A stretch of DNA of 64,000 nt from an uncultured Gemmatimonadales bacterium (GTDB lineage Bacteria; Gemmatimonadota; Gemmatimonadetes; Gemmatimonadales; GWC2-71-9), in the NCBI GenBank assembly GCA_963821525.1, contig CAWGED010000005.1, forward strand, positions 992,001-1,056,000, read 5' to 3'. Positions 41,786 to 51,894 of the stretch are shown here, piece by piece. The translations under genes and the position numbers were made by a program. Under the pieces are notes generated by a model. That model had not been told where the DNA came from and ran no database searches. It saw nothing but the letters and a program-made list of their open reading frames with translations. Each line of letters starts with the position of its first letter. Position 1 is the first letter of the stretch.

Positions 41786-44060
41786 CCGGCCGGCCCTGGT
41801 TGGCCTCGACTCGCTGAACCCCGCCCAACGGCAGGCGGTCGAGCACGTCAACGGACCGCTGCTGGTCGTCGCGGGCGCCGGGTCGGGGAAGACCCGGGTG
41901 CTCACGATGCGGATCGCCCGCCTCATCGAGGAGGTCGGGGTTCCGCCGTCCCGCATTCTCGCCGTCACCTTCACCAACAAGGCGGCGGGAGAGATGAAAG
42001 AGCGGGTAGGACGACTGCTCGGTCAGGACCCGTCGGGGCTCTGGATCGGCACCTTCCATTCGCTCTGCGCCCGCCTGCTTCGTCGCGAAGCCGAGGCGCT
42101 TGGCTTCACTCGCCAATTCACCATCTACGACCAAGACGACCAGCTCAACCTGGTGAAGCGCCTGCTGGACCAGCGCGGTCATTCCTCGAAGCTCTTTCCT
42201 CCCCGTCTGATCCAGGCCATCATCTCGGCGGCGAAGAATCGGATGACCAGTCCCTCGGCACTCGCCGAGAACGCGGGATTCGACCGGGTGACCCAGGTGG
42301 CTGCGGAGATCTACGCCGCACTGGGGCCGGCACTCAAGGCGGCGAACGCGATGGACTTCGACGACTTGTTGCTTCATCCGCTCACCCTGTTCCGCGAGCG
42401 CCCGGACCGGCTGGATTACTACGCCGACCGGTTCGCGTTCGTCCTGGTAGACGAATTCCAGGATACCAACGGCGCGCAGTATCGGTTGGTCCGCCAGCTT
42501 GGTCGTCAGGGCAACGTGACGGCGGTGGGAGACGACGACCAGTCCATCTATGGCTGGCGCGGCGCCGACGTGAAGAACATGCTCGACTTCCAGCGCGACT
42601 TTCCCGGAACCCTGGTAGTCCGGCTGGAAGAGAACTACCGCTCGACCCGGCTGGTGCTCGACGCCGCCAACGCGGTGATCAAGGAAAACACCTCGCGGCT
42701 GGGGAAGACGCTGCGAACCCGTCGTCCGGGTGGTGAGTTGCTCACTCTCCTCGCCGCGGCGGATGAGCGGGACGAAGCCGAGTGGATCGTGCGCGAGTTG
42801 GCCAATCGCAGTGCCAAGGGGGATTGGGCACTGGTCGAAATGGCGATCCTCTACCGCACCAACTCCCAGTCGCGGGCGCTGGAAGAGGCCTGCCGCAGGG
42901 CGGGGGTGCCGTACCGGATCATCGGCGCGATCAGCTTCTACGATCGCCGCGAGGTGAAGGATCTGCTCGCCTATCTGCGCCTCATCACCAATCCCGCAGA
43001 CGATGAGGCCTTCCTTCGCGCCATCACCGTCCCCAAGCGCGGGATCGGGGAGAGCAGTCTCGCGATCGTAAGGGAACAGGCGGCTCGCTGGCAGCAGTCA
43101 CTGCTCGCGACGGCGCAAGCGGCAGATCGGGTGCCCGAGCTCCGGCCCAACGTCCGGGACGCACTGAGGAAATTCGCCGCGTTGGTGGACGGACTCCGCG
43201 AGCGCACCGCTTCCTGGCCCCCTGCCCAGGTCCTGGAGCAGCTGATCCAGGAACTCGACTACGAAGCGATGCTGCTGGCCGAAGGACCAGAAGGCGCCGA
43301 CCGTTGGGATAACGTCCGTGAACTGGTCGCGAGCGCGGCAGAATGGTCGGAGGTCGTAGCACCGGAAGCCGATGAAGAGGCCAGCCCGCTCGAACGCTTT
43401 CTGGCCGAGGCGGCGTTGCTCTCCGCCAATGATTCGATCTCCGGTCAGAAGGAGGGGATCACCCTCATGACACTGCATACCGCGAAGGGTCTGGAATGGC
43501 CAGTCGTAGTGCTCGCCGGCATGGAGGATGGTCTGTTCCCTCTAGCGCGCGCCGAGGAGCAAGAAGGCGGGATCGAAGAAGAGCGTAGGCTCTGTTACGT
43601 CGGGCTTACCCGGGCCAAGGACAAGTTGTATCTCACCTGGGCCCGCGCCCGGCGGCGTGGCGGCGAGCTTAAGCCGGGAAGGGGCTCGCGATTCCTCAAG
43701 GCGCTGCCTCCCGAGCTCGTTGAGGAGAAACGGACCTCTTCTCTCTGGGCTCCAAGTTGGGGCGGCTCGGCGGCTGGTCGGCTCGGCGGCACGGGTCGGG
43801 TATCCTCCACTTGGTTGGATCAGGACTACGAGCCGCCGAGCCGCCGAGCCGCCGAGCCGTCGGAGACGAACCAGGACACTCCTCGGTACGTGCGCGGGGA
43901 ACGAGTGCGCCACCGGCGGTTTGGGAGCGGAACGATCCAGGGCCTGGTAGGAACGGGAAAGGACTTGAAGGTCTCAGTGGCTTTCGATGATGCGGAAGTC
44001 GGGGTGAAACAGTTGCTCGTAGCCTACGCGGGCCTCGAACGGGATTGGGAGAGCGCATGA
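41775..44060 (+). CDS. pcrA: UvrD/PcrA SF1 DNA helicase
   Basis: AGAGSGKT, TFTNKAA, DEFQDTN, VGDDDQSIY, LEENYRST, HTAKGLE, YVGLTRA. Confidence 0.95.
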   Translation: MKTDRPALVGLDSLNPAQRQAVEHVNGPLLVVAGAGSGKTRVLTMRIARLIEEVGVPPSRILAVTFTNKAAGEMKERVGRLLGQDPSGLWIGTFHSLCARLLRREAEALGFTRQFTIYDQDDQLNLVKRLLDQRGHSSKLFPPRLIQAIISAAKNRMTSPSALAENAGFDRVTQVAAEIYAALGPALKAANAMDFDDLLLHPLTLFRERPDRLDYYADRFAFVLVDEFQDTNGAQYRLVRQLGRQGNVTAVGDDDQSIYGWRGADVKNMLDFQRDFPGTLVVRLEENYRSTRLVLDAANAVIKENTSRLGKTLRTRRPGGELLTLLAAADERDEAEWIVRELANRSAKGDWALVEMAILYRTNSQSRALEEACRRAGVPYRIIGAISFYDRREVKDLLAYLRLITNPADDEAFLRAITVPKRGIGESSLAIVREQAARWQQSLLATAQAADRVPELRPNVRDALRKFAALVDGLRERTASWPPAQVLEQLIQELDYEAMLLAEGPEGADRWDNVRELVASAAEWSEVVAPEADEEASPLERFLAEAALLSANDSISGQKEGITLMTLHTAKGLEWPVVVLAGMEDGLFPLARAEEQEGGIEEERRLCYVGLTRAKDKLYLTWARARRRGGELKPGRGSRFLKALPPELVEEKRTSSLWAPSWGGSAAGRLGGTGRVSSTWLDQDYEPPSRRAAEPSETNQDTPRYVRGERVRHRRFGSGTIQGLVGTGKDLKVSVAFDDAEVGVKQLLVAYAGLERDWESA
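43761..43861. repeat. Inverted octamer arrays (GGCGGCTC)4 ... (GAGCCGCC)4 inside the pcrA C-terminal linker
   Basis: ggcggctc ggcggctg gtcggctc ggcggcac versus gagccgcc gagccgcc gagccgcc gagccgtc. Confidence 0.8.
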
Positions 44061-44356
44061 GTATCGGCCGGGAAGACGTACTGCACGTGGCGAAGCTCGC
44101 AGAGCTCGCGGTGAGCGAGGAAGAACTGCCCAAGCTCACCGAGCAGCTCGGGCGAATTGTGGACTACGTCGCACAACTCAATGAAGTCCCGGCTGGAGAG
44201 CAGGCGCCTCCTTATCTCGCCGGCCCCGACAAAGTGACGCTGCGTCCCGATGTTGTGGCTCCGGTTCCGCTGGCACGGCCTCCGGCAGACTTCGCTCCGG
44301 AATTCTCCCAGGGTCTCTTCGTCGTCCCCCGGCTCGGCGCCATGGAGGACCAGTGA
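44057..44356 (+). CDS. gatC: Asp/Glu-tRNA amidotransferase subunit C
   Basis: V.HVAKLA.L, LRPD, FVVPRL; precedes gatA. Confidence 0.92.
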   Translation: MSIGREDVLHVAKLAELAVSEEELPKLTEQLGRIVDYVAQLNEVPAGEQAPPYLAGPDKVTLRPDVVAPVPLARPPADFAPEFSQGLFVVPRLGAMEDQ

Positions 44357-45792
44357 GCGCCGTCGAATCAGCCGCGAGCGCAGTGCGCGAGGGCCGGACC
44401 ACCGCGGCAGTGGCCGCAAAGGAGGTCGCGAGCCGCCTGGAGAAGACCGCCGCGCTGAATGCCTCGCTCAACTGGTCGGCTGAGCGATTGGAAGCCGAGG
44501 CGGCGCGGGTGGATGGTGCCACTCCATCGGACCGGGCAAAGATGCCCCTCGCCGGGGTGCCGATCGCGGTCAAAGACAACATCGTCACGACCGAGCAACC
44601 GACCACCTGCGGCTCGCGGATTCTCGAAGGCTACGTGTCACCGTTCAATGCCACGGTGATCAACCGGCTTCGTGCCGCGGGAGCCATGATCGCTTGCAAG
44701 GCGAATCTCGACGAGTTCGCCATGGGCTCATCTACCGAACACTCCGCCTTCGGGCGGGTGAAGCATCCTGACGATCCGTCGTGCGTGCCGGGAGGTTCGT
44801 CCGGCGGGTCGGCCGCGTTGGTGGCCGCAGGGGCGGTGCCCGCGGCCCTCGGCTCGGAGACCGGCGGCTCGGTGCGCCAGCCGGCGAGCTTCTGCGGGAT
44901 CGTGGGGATCAAACCGAGCTATGGCCGGGTGAGCCGCTACGGCCTCGTCGCTTTCGGGTCGTCGCTCGATGCGGTGAGCACCTTCGGCCGCACGGTAGAT
45001 GATGCAGCACGGGTCCTGGCCGCAATGAGCGGACACGATCCGCTCGATGCGACAACGATCGCCCAGCCGCCACTGGTGCTGGATCCACCGCGACGTGACT
45101 TGAAGGGCCTCACCATCGGCTTACCCGCCGAATATTTCCCGCGCGATCTGCACAAAGGAGTGCGGGCAGGCCTCGACCGGGCGATCAAGGCGGTAAAGGA
45201 GCTAGGGGGGACGATCAAGGAGGTCTCGCTGCCGCATACCCGCTATGCGGTGCCGACCTACTACATCATCGCTCCGGCCGAAGCCGCCGCGAACCTCGCG
45301 CGATATGACGGAGTACGATACGGCCAGCGGCGAGTCGGACCGGCAGGCGATCTCCGCGCACTCTACCAGGCTACGCGCGGCCAGGGGTTCGGCGCCGAGG
45401 TTCGTCGCCGGATTCTGATCGGAACCTATGTGCTGAGTTCAGGCTATTACGACGCTTATTACCGGAAGGCGCAACAGGTGCGGGCTCTGCTGGCCGAGGA
45501 CTTCCGGCGCGCCTTCGACGCCGGCTGCGACATGCTGCTGACGCCGACGACGCCAACTCCCGCTTTCAAAGCGGGCGAGAAGACCGAGGATCCGGTCGCG
45601 ATGTACCTGGCGGACATCTTCGTTTGTCCGGTCAACCTGGCCGGTCTGCCCGCGGTGAGTTTCCCGGTCGGTCGATCGGAAGGTTTGCCGCTGGGCGCCC
45701 AGCTCATCGCGCCGAATTTCGCCGAAGCCAGAATGCTGAGCGCGGCGGCGGCCCTCGAAGCGGCGCTCGACGCTGCCGCGGAGGTGCGCTGA
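44353..45792 (+). CDS. gatA: Asp/Glu-tRNA amidotransferase subunit A
   Basis: KDNI, DEFAMGSSTE, PGGSSGGSAA, GSETGGSVRQPA, NLARYDG. Confidence 0.96.
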   Translation: MSAVESAASAVREGRTTAAVAAKEVASRLEKTAALNASLNWSAERLEAEAARVDGATPSDRAKMPLAGVPIAVKDNIVTTEQPTTCGSRILEGYVSPFNATVINRLRAAGAMIACKANLDEFAMGSSTEHSAFGRVKHPDDPSCVPGGSSGGSAALVAAGAVPAALGSETGGSVRQPASFCGIVGIKPSYGRVSRYGLVAFGSSLDAVSTFGRTVDDAARVLAAMSGHDPLDATTIAQPPLVLDPPRRDLKGLTIGLPAEYFPRDLHKGVRAGLDRAIKAVKELGGTIKEVSLPHTRYAVPTYYIIAPAEAAANLARYDGVRYGQRRVGPAGDLRALYQATRGQGFGAEVRRRILIGTYVLSSGYYDAYYRKAQQVRALLAEDFRRAFDAGCDMLLTPTTPTPAFKAGEKTEDPVAMYLADIFVCPVNLAGLPAVSFPVGRSEGLPLGAQLIAPNFAEARMLSAAAALEAALDAAAEVR

Positions 45793-47198
45793 TGACCTGG
45801 GAAACGGTGATCGGCCTCGAGGTCCACGCTCAGCTGCTGACCAAGTCGAAGATGTTCTGTGGCTGCGCCAACAAGTTCGGCGCGCCTCCCAACACGCTGG
45901 TGTGCCCGGTGTGTCTCGGTCTGCCAGGGGCGCTCCCGGTGCCTAACGAACAGGCGATCCGTCTCGCGACGCAGGCCGCGAGGGCGCTGGGATGCACGGT
46001 GCACCCGCGCAGCATCTTCGCCCGGAAGAATTACTTCTATCCCGATCTGCCCAAGGGATACCAGATCTCCCAGTTCGATCAGCCGCTGGCGACCGGCGGC
46101 ACGATCTGGTGCGAGTCGCCCGAGCGGGGACGGATCGGTATCGGGGTCACCCGGCTCCATCTCGAGGAGGATGCCGGCAAATCGCTGCACGACCGGCTCC
46201 CCGGCAAGACCGCGATTGATCTCAATCGGGCAGGAACTCCGCTGGTCGAGATCGTGAGTGAGCCCGACCTCCGCAGTCCGGCGGAGGCGCGAGCCTATCT
46301 CACGACGCTCAAGCAGATCCTGGTCTACGCCGAGGTGAGTGACTGCAACATGGAGGAAGGAAGCCTCCGGGTGGACGCGAACATCTCGATCCGCCGTCCC
46401 GGCGACTCCAAGCTCGGCACCAAGGCGGAAGTCAAGAACATGAACAGCTTCGCCAATGTCGAACGGGCGCTGATCGTCGAGCACGATCGCCAGGTGGCGC
46501 TGCTCGAGAGTGGGGCACGGGTGGAGCAGGTGACCATGCTGTTCAATGCCGCCTCTGGAACGGTGAAGCCGATGCGCTCCAAGGAGGAGAGCCACGACTA
46601 CCGGTATTTCCCCGATCCGGATCTGCCGCCCCTGGTGCTCACTCCAAAGTGGATCGAGGAGCAGCACGCAGCACTCCCCGAGCTGCCCGAGCCCAAGCGG
46701 GAGCGCTTCATGACCCGCTACGCCATCACCGCGTACGACGCCGGCGTCCTCGCCTCCGAGCGGCCGGTGGCGGATTACTTCGAGGCGGTGGTGGGAGCTG
46801 GAGCGGAAGCAAAGGCGGCCGCCAACTGGGTGATGGGTGAGGCGATGAGCGGCTACAACGAGACCGGCCGATTCGGTGTAAGTGCCGAACGGCTCTCGAA
46901 ACTGATCGGATTGGTCAAGGAAGGCGTGGTCAGTCTCCAGGCGGCCAAGCGAGTCTATCCGGAGCTGGTGGATGGAAACGAGGAGCCCCGCGCCGTTGCC
47001 GAACGGCTGGGACTGATTCAGGTCGGCGATGCCAACACGCTCGGTGCCTGGGTCGAGGAAGTCCTCGCCGCCAACCCCTCCGAGGTGGAGCGCTTCCGGG
47101 GTGGGGAAGCCAAACTCATGGGCTTCTTCGTGGGACTTGTGATGAAGAAGAGCGGGGGTAAGGCGGATCCCAAAGCTGTACAGCCGCTGCTAGACTGA
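45792..47198 (+). CDS. gatB: Asp/Glu-tRNA amidotransferase subunit B (last few codons possibly frameshifted)
   Basis: VIGLEVHAQL, RKNYFYPDLPKGYQISQ, HLEEDAGK, DYRYFPDPDL. Confidence 0.97.
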   Translation: MTWETVIGLEVHAQLLTKSKMFCGCANKFGAPPNTLVCPVCLGLPGALPVPNEQAIRLATQAARALGCTVHPRSIFARKNYFYPDLPKGYQISQFDQPLATGGTIWCESPERGRIGIGVTRLHLEEDAGKSLHDRLPGKTAIDLNRAGTPLVEIVSEPDLRSPAEARAYLTTLKQILVYAEVSDCNMEEGSLRVDANISIRRPGDSKLGTKAEVKNMNSFANVERALIVEHDRQVALLESGARVEQVTMLFNAASGTVKPMRSKEESHDYRYFPDPDLPPLVLTPKWIEEQHAALPELPEPKRERFMTRYAITAYDAGVLASERPVADYFEAVVGAGAEAKAAANWVMGEAMSGYNETGRFGVSAERLSKLIGLVKEGVVSLQAAKRVYPELVDGNEEPRAVAERLGLIQVGDANTLGAWVEEVLAANPSEVERFRGGEAKLMGFFVGLVMKKSGGKADPKAVQPLLD

Positions 47199-47214
47199 AA
47201 AGCTGCAAGTAAGA

Positions 47215-47287
47215 TAGTACCAGACCAGTACAGACGAGTAAGAAGGAATCCACTCGGTACTCGGTACTCGACTACTAGGTACTCACT
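47215..47287. repeat. Degenerate inverted heptamer arrays of the GAGTACC/GGTACTC type
   Basis: tagtaccagaccagtacagacgagta versus cactc ggtactc ggtactc gactacta ggtactc, between convergent gatB and M23 genes. Confidence 0.7.
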
Positions 47288-47295
47288 ATCTCACG

Positions 47296-48157
47296 CTAGT
47301 TCCCCCAAAGCGTCAGAAACTCCGGATCGACAGTCACCGTCCCGTACCGCACAACCCAATGCAGATGCGGGCCGGTGACCCGTCCGCTCTTTCCCACCGC
47401 TCCAATGATCTGCCCCCGCTCGACCGTGTCTCCCTGGGCCACTGCGGTGCTGCTCAAGTGGAAGTAGGCTGAGACGAGCCCTTCGCCGTGGTCGAGATAC
47501 AGCACTCGACCCGCCAGATAGAAGTCCGCCACCATTGCGACCACGCCACGATTCGTAGCCCGTACCGGATCTCCCACCGCACCGGCGTAGTCAGTGCCCA
47601 GATGCCGGCTCACCGCTTTGCCGTTGAACTCCCTCCCGGTGCCGAAGATGCTGGTGATCCGGCTGTCTCGCGGCGGCAGGAAGGCATCCTGCCACTGGCG
47701 CGGGGTGCTTTGAGAGCGAACTCCGATCTCTCGTGCGCGCGCTATCTCCTTGTCGATCCGGACCTGTGCCGCGCTGTCCGGCTTCGCCATGGCCGGTGCG
47801 ACACGAAGCTTCTCCATCGTGTAGTCGGGCTGACGCACGAACACGCTCGCGGCAACGGTGTCCTGGGACCCATCGCTGTAAGAGATCCGCAGTATGACAG
47901 GGAAAGAATCGGGGCCTTCGATTGGAATTCCGGCCAGCGCTACGAAGTGTCCAGCACCCTGGGCCTCGAAATGGAGCGGCTCGCCTCCCGCGGTGCCCTC
48001 CACCCAGCTCCACGGCCGGTCGGACGTCGCCGTGTCACTGGCGACTAGTCGTACCAGGCTTCCCCGGACCGGTCGTTCCGGCTCAACGGTGAGCAGCAAG
48101 GCCGGCGGGCGCTGAAAGGTCTCCCGCAAGGAGCAGAAGTGCCGCGATCGCCAGCAT
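47296..48157 (-). CDS. M23 family metallopeptidase (frameshift after the signal peptide)
   Basis: HLGTDY, DHGEG..SAYFHLS, G.SGRVTGPHLHW; ATG at 48157 begins MLAIAALLLL. Confidence 0.9.
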
Positions 48158-49092
48158 CAGAGAAGATTCAGCTGTCGCGCCAGGGCGTCTTGACCCTGCG
48201 CGGATGGCCAGAAATCAGGGTTCCGCTCCGGTAATCCGAATCGCTCCTGGGCAACGCCCTGAAGCCGCTTCGGGTCCTTCCATGCTCCGGCGAGCAGGGC
48301 TTCTCTTCGCAGCCGCTTCGCCGTCCGCAACGCGTCTTCTCCCGAGGGATCCAGTTGCCGCGGCTCGGCCTCCGGCTCGGCCAGCGTTCCCATCACATAG
48401 TCGAAGGAAAGTGAGATGTGCCGCTCGATGTCGTCGGCCGCAAGCTCCCAGCGGCTGTGTTGCTGTGCCACCTGAAAGGCGCGCTGCCATCCCTGCGACT
48501 CGGTGAGGTGAACCATGCCGCGAAACAGCCGCCGGTTGGTGCGAACGCTGAAAATGGTCGGGGCGAGAATCTGATCCAGGTGGGTGTCGGCCGGAGTGTG
48601 GTCCAGCAGGATCACCTCCTTGGCCGTGCGGGCAAACTCGTCACCCAGCGGCGTCTCGAAGCGGCTCTCCCAATACGAGTGGCCGAAGCCACTCGTCGTA
48701 CTGGTCAACAAGAGCTGGCGGGGCACAAAGTAGTTATGTGCCACCGTGTCGGCCGCGAGATGACAGAGATATCCCAGGCCAAAAGCCCGCAACGCGTCGA
48801 TCTTCGCGTGATCGTAGATCTGCTGGCCAACATGCCAGGAGTGGCAGTGCCGGCCGACCGGCGCGTACTTCTTCGCGATGGAGGTGTCTGCCGCGATGTT
48901 GCCGTAGAGAAAATCAAAGGGAAAGGCCCGGAGGAGATCGGCGATTGGCGATGGGAGGATCCCCAGGTTCGCCAGGACCGACTCGCCGAGGTAGATGTGG
49001 GTGCCCGGTGTCCAGCCGTACAGGTGATTCGGGACGATCAGGGTGACGAGGCCGAAACAGACCAACAGGAGGGCGGCGCGCCGGAGAATCAA
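48157..49092 (-). CDS. Zinc-dependent phospholipase C family protein
   Basis: Signal peptide then W.PGTH; FLYGNIAAD; GYLCHLAADTVAHNYFVP; HSYWE. Confidence 0.82.
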   Translation of the reverse strand: MILRRAALLLVCFGLVTLIVPNHLYGWTPGTHIYLGESVLANLGILPSPIADLLRAFPFDFLYGNIAADTSIAKKYAPVGRHCHSWHVGQQIYDHAKIDALRAFGLGYLCHLAADTVAHNYFVPRQLLLTSTTSGFGHSYWESRFETPLGDEFARTAKEVILLDHTPADTHLDQILAPTIFSVRTNRRLFRGMVHLTESQGWQRAFQVAQQHSRWELAADDIERHISLSFDYVMGTLAEPEAEPRQLDPSGEDALRTAKRLRREALLAGAWKDPKRLQGVAQERFGLPERNPDFWPSAQGQDALARQLNLL

Positions 49093-49550
49093 CGGTGTTT
49101 ACCCGCGCCGAGCAGGCGGCGCACCCAGCGGTACCAGGAGGCCCGCGTGCGGAAGCTGCGGAGCGTCGTGGCGACATCCAGCGCGGTTTCCTCGATCTCG
49201 CTCTCGAGTACGTCGTAGACCGCTTCGAGGTCGATCAGGCGGTCCTTCACCTTGACCCTCAGTGCGCGACTCGCCTCGACGACGTCTTCCGCCTCGTTGC
49301 CCAGTTTGGCCGCGAGTTGACGGGCCTCATCGCCGAGGTGGTGGACCGAATCCAGCGCGGGCGCCAGGTCCTTGCGCAGGTTCTCCACCGCTCGGCCCAG
49401 GTTTTCGATCTGCCCGGCGGCGGCTTTCGCGGTGGCGGCGACGACCAGAGCGATCACGGCGAAGCTGCCCGCAATGATCACCAGGGAAATCGCAACGGTG
49501 GGCCCGACCCATCCCGCAACCGTGATCACGGTATCCTGAAGCAGCAACAT
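49089..49550 (-). CDS. Hypothetical single-TM coiled-coil protein (DUF948-like)
   Basis: N-terminal TM segment followed by a helical coiled coil. Confidence 0.65.
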   Translation of the reverse strand: MLLLQDTVITVAGWVGPTVAISLVIIAGSFAVIALVVAATAKAAAGQIENLGRAVENLRKDLAPALDSVHHLGDEARQLAAKLGNEAEDVVEASRALRVKVKDRLIDLEAVYDVLESEIEETALDVATTLRSFRTRASWYRWVRRLLGAGKHR

Positions 49551-49606
49551 CTTCCCAAGATAACCGTGGCGCTTGACGATGCCACCGGCCGTCGTGACCT
49601 TTGGCC

Positions 49607-50888
49607 ATGCCTCCACGCTTCCAGGTCCGCGGCGGGCGACCCCTGCGCGGAACCGTCTTGCCCGCCGGCAACAAGAACGCGGCGCTCCCTGCGCTCACTG
49701 CCACACTCCTCGCCGACGGCCCGGTGACGCTGCAACAACGTGCCGCGAATCCGCGACGTGGAAACCATGATCGCGCTGCTCGTGGATCTCGGCGCCCAAG
49801 TCGATTGGCACGGAACCAACACGCTGCGGGTTGACGCGCGCGCGGCACGCCCGAAAGCGCTCGATCCCGCGCTCTGCGCCCGGATCCGGGCTTCCATCCT
49901 GCTGGCCGGACCGCTGCTCGCCCGATTCGGCTCGGTCACCTTGCCACCGCCGGGTGGAGACGTCATCGGCCGGCGCCGGGTGGATACCCACTTCCTCGCG
50001 CTGGAGCAGCTGGGCGCGGAGCTGACGGTCGGCGAGAGCTACAAGATCGAAGGCAAGAGGCTGACAGGCGCCGAAATCTTCCTGGACGAACCGAGCGTAA
50101 CCGGCACCGAGAACGCGCTGCTTGCCGCGGTCATGGCGCATGGCCGTACGGTCCTGCGCAACGCCGCCGCCGAGCCGCACGTGCAGGATGTAGCGCGTCT
50201 GCTCATCGCGATGGGCGCGTCGATCGAAGGAATCGGCACCAACGTCTACACCATCGAGGGCGGTCGCCCTCTTGGCGGCTGCGAATTCACCATTGGCCCC
50301 GATCACATCGAGATCGCGAGCTTCATCGGGCTCGCCGCGGTCACCGACGGAGCGATCACGATCGAAGGCGTCCGGTCCGATGATCTGCGCAGCACCCTGT
50401 TCGGCTTCGAGCGGCTCGGCGTCCGCCCGCGGGTGGACGGGCAACGGCTGGTCGTTGACTCCGGGCAAGAGCGCCGGATCCGTCCCGACCTGGGAGGCCA
50501 TGTTCCCAAGCTCGAGGATGGTCCCTGGCCTGCGTTCCCCGCGGATGCGATGTCCATCGCCGTGGTGACCGCCACCCAATGCGAAGGAATGGTGCTGATC
50601 TTCGAGAAGATGTTCGAGTCGCGGCTGTTCTTCGTGGACAAACTCATCGGGATGGGTGCCCGAATCGTCCTCTGCGACCCCCATCGCGTCGTAGTGTCCG
50701 GGCCGTCCCAGCTCCGAGGCGGCACAGTGGAGTCTCCCGACATTCGCGCCGGCATGGCCATGTTGCTCGCCGCCCTGGCCGCGGAAGGCACCAGCACCAT
50801 TCACAACGTTGGCCAGATCGAGCGGGGGTACGAGCAGATCGATTCCCGGCTCCGAGCCCTTGGGGCAGAGATTGAGCGATTTGAATAG
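49607..50888 (+). CDS. murA: UDP-N-acetylglucosamine 1-carboxyvinyltransferase (frameshift near 49735)
   Basis: [53 protein letters not shown]. Confidence 0.95.
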
Positions 50889-51675
50889 CGAGTACGGCGC
50901 ACCTGGTACCGAGTACCGAGCACGGCGGGAAGAACCGGTCGAGGGCACGGTTCCGAGGTTTACCATCCCCGATTGGCGGGAGCGATTCGGGGTCGTTGCC
51001 GGAATCACCGGGCGGGGCAGCGAGGAGGGCAGGGGATTCGACCTCGGCCTCTGGACCGATGCGCCGGTGCACGACGTGATGACCCGGTGGAGGGCGTTCA
51101 GGCGGGCGGAGCCCGGCTTCGATGCGACCGTACTGGGGAACCAGGTGCATCAGACCGCCGTCCAATTCCACGCTTCGGGCAAAGGTTGGATTCAGCTCGA
51201 GGGGCTGGACGGTCACGCGACGTCAACCAAGGGCATTCTGCTCACCGTCACCGTGGCCGACTGCATTCCTGTTTACCTCCTGGATCCCGTGAAGAAGGCC
51301 GTGGCTCTCCTGCACGCCGGTTGGCGGGGAATCGCTGGTCGTATCCTTGCCCAGGGAGTCGAGACCTTGGGTGAAGCCGTTGGATCTGATCCGGCTGATC
51401 TGGTAATGCACTGTGGTGTAGGGATTTGTGGCAACTGCTATGAAGTAGGTTCTGAAGTCATGGAGGGCTGTGGAAAAGCCGCCGAAGGCTCAGGACCCTG
51501 GCATTTGGATCTGCGCTCGGTGCTGGCTGAGCAGGCGGGACTTCTGGGGATCGGCTCCGTGTCGGTTTCCGAATGGTGCTCCGCACACGACGCCCGGTAC
51601 TTCTATAGTCACCGCCGGTCCCGGGGGTCCGACGGTCGAATGGTCGCGTATTTGGGGATGCCGAAGAGCTCCTAG
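50881..51675 (+). CDS. pgeF: Peptidoglycan editing factor / purine nucleoside phosphorylase (YfiH family)
   Basis: NQVH, DGH.T, VADCIPV, LHAGWRG, CYEVG, FYSHRR..DGRM. Confidence 0.88.
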   Translation: MNSEYGAPGTEYRARREEPVEGTVPRFTIPDWRERFGVVAGITGRGSEEGRGFDLGLWTDAPVHDVMTRWRAFRRAEPGFDATVLGNQVHQTAVQFHASGKGWIQLEGLDGHATSTKGILLTVTVADCIPVYLLDPVKKAVALLHAGWRGIAGRILAQGVETLGEAVGSDPADLVMHCGVGICGNCYEVGSEVMEGCGKAAEGSGPWHLDLRSVLAEQAGLLGIGSVSVSEWCSAHDARYFYSHRRSRGSDGRMVAYLGMPKSS

Positions 51676-51698
51676 CTGCGGTGACGGGTTCTTAGTCA

Positions 51699-51756
51699 GG
51701 TAGTGGGGAGTAGGTGGTAGGGAGTGGGGCCCCACCACCCACCACCCCTACTCAGC
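51699..51756. repeat. Heptamer element of the GGGAGTA family, inverted relative to the miaA-bshA copy
   Basis: ggtagtggggagtaggtggtagggagtggggcccc is nearly the reverse complement of 19018-19052. Confidence 0.8.
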
Positions 51757-51783
51757 ACTGCCGCCGCACCCCCTCATTCGCAA

Positions 51784-51813
51784 TTGACGAATCCATCCCC
51801 CCGACACTAGACT
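51784..51813 (+). promoter_or_regulatory. Putative rimP-nusA-infB promoter
   Basis: TTGACG-N18-TAGACT. Confidence 0.55.
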
Positions 51814-51857
51814 TACGCCGCTGTTCGGGGATCTCCGAGCCGGGGGTCGCAGGACGA

Positions 51858-51884
51858 GTGGGGGAGTTCCCCCACATTTTTTTT
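51858..51884 (+). terminator. rimP leader hairpin / attenuator
   Basis: gtggggga-gt-tcccccac followed by T8, immediately upstream of rimP. Confidence 0.8.
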
Positions 51885-51894
51885 CTAAGTCCTG

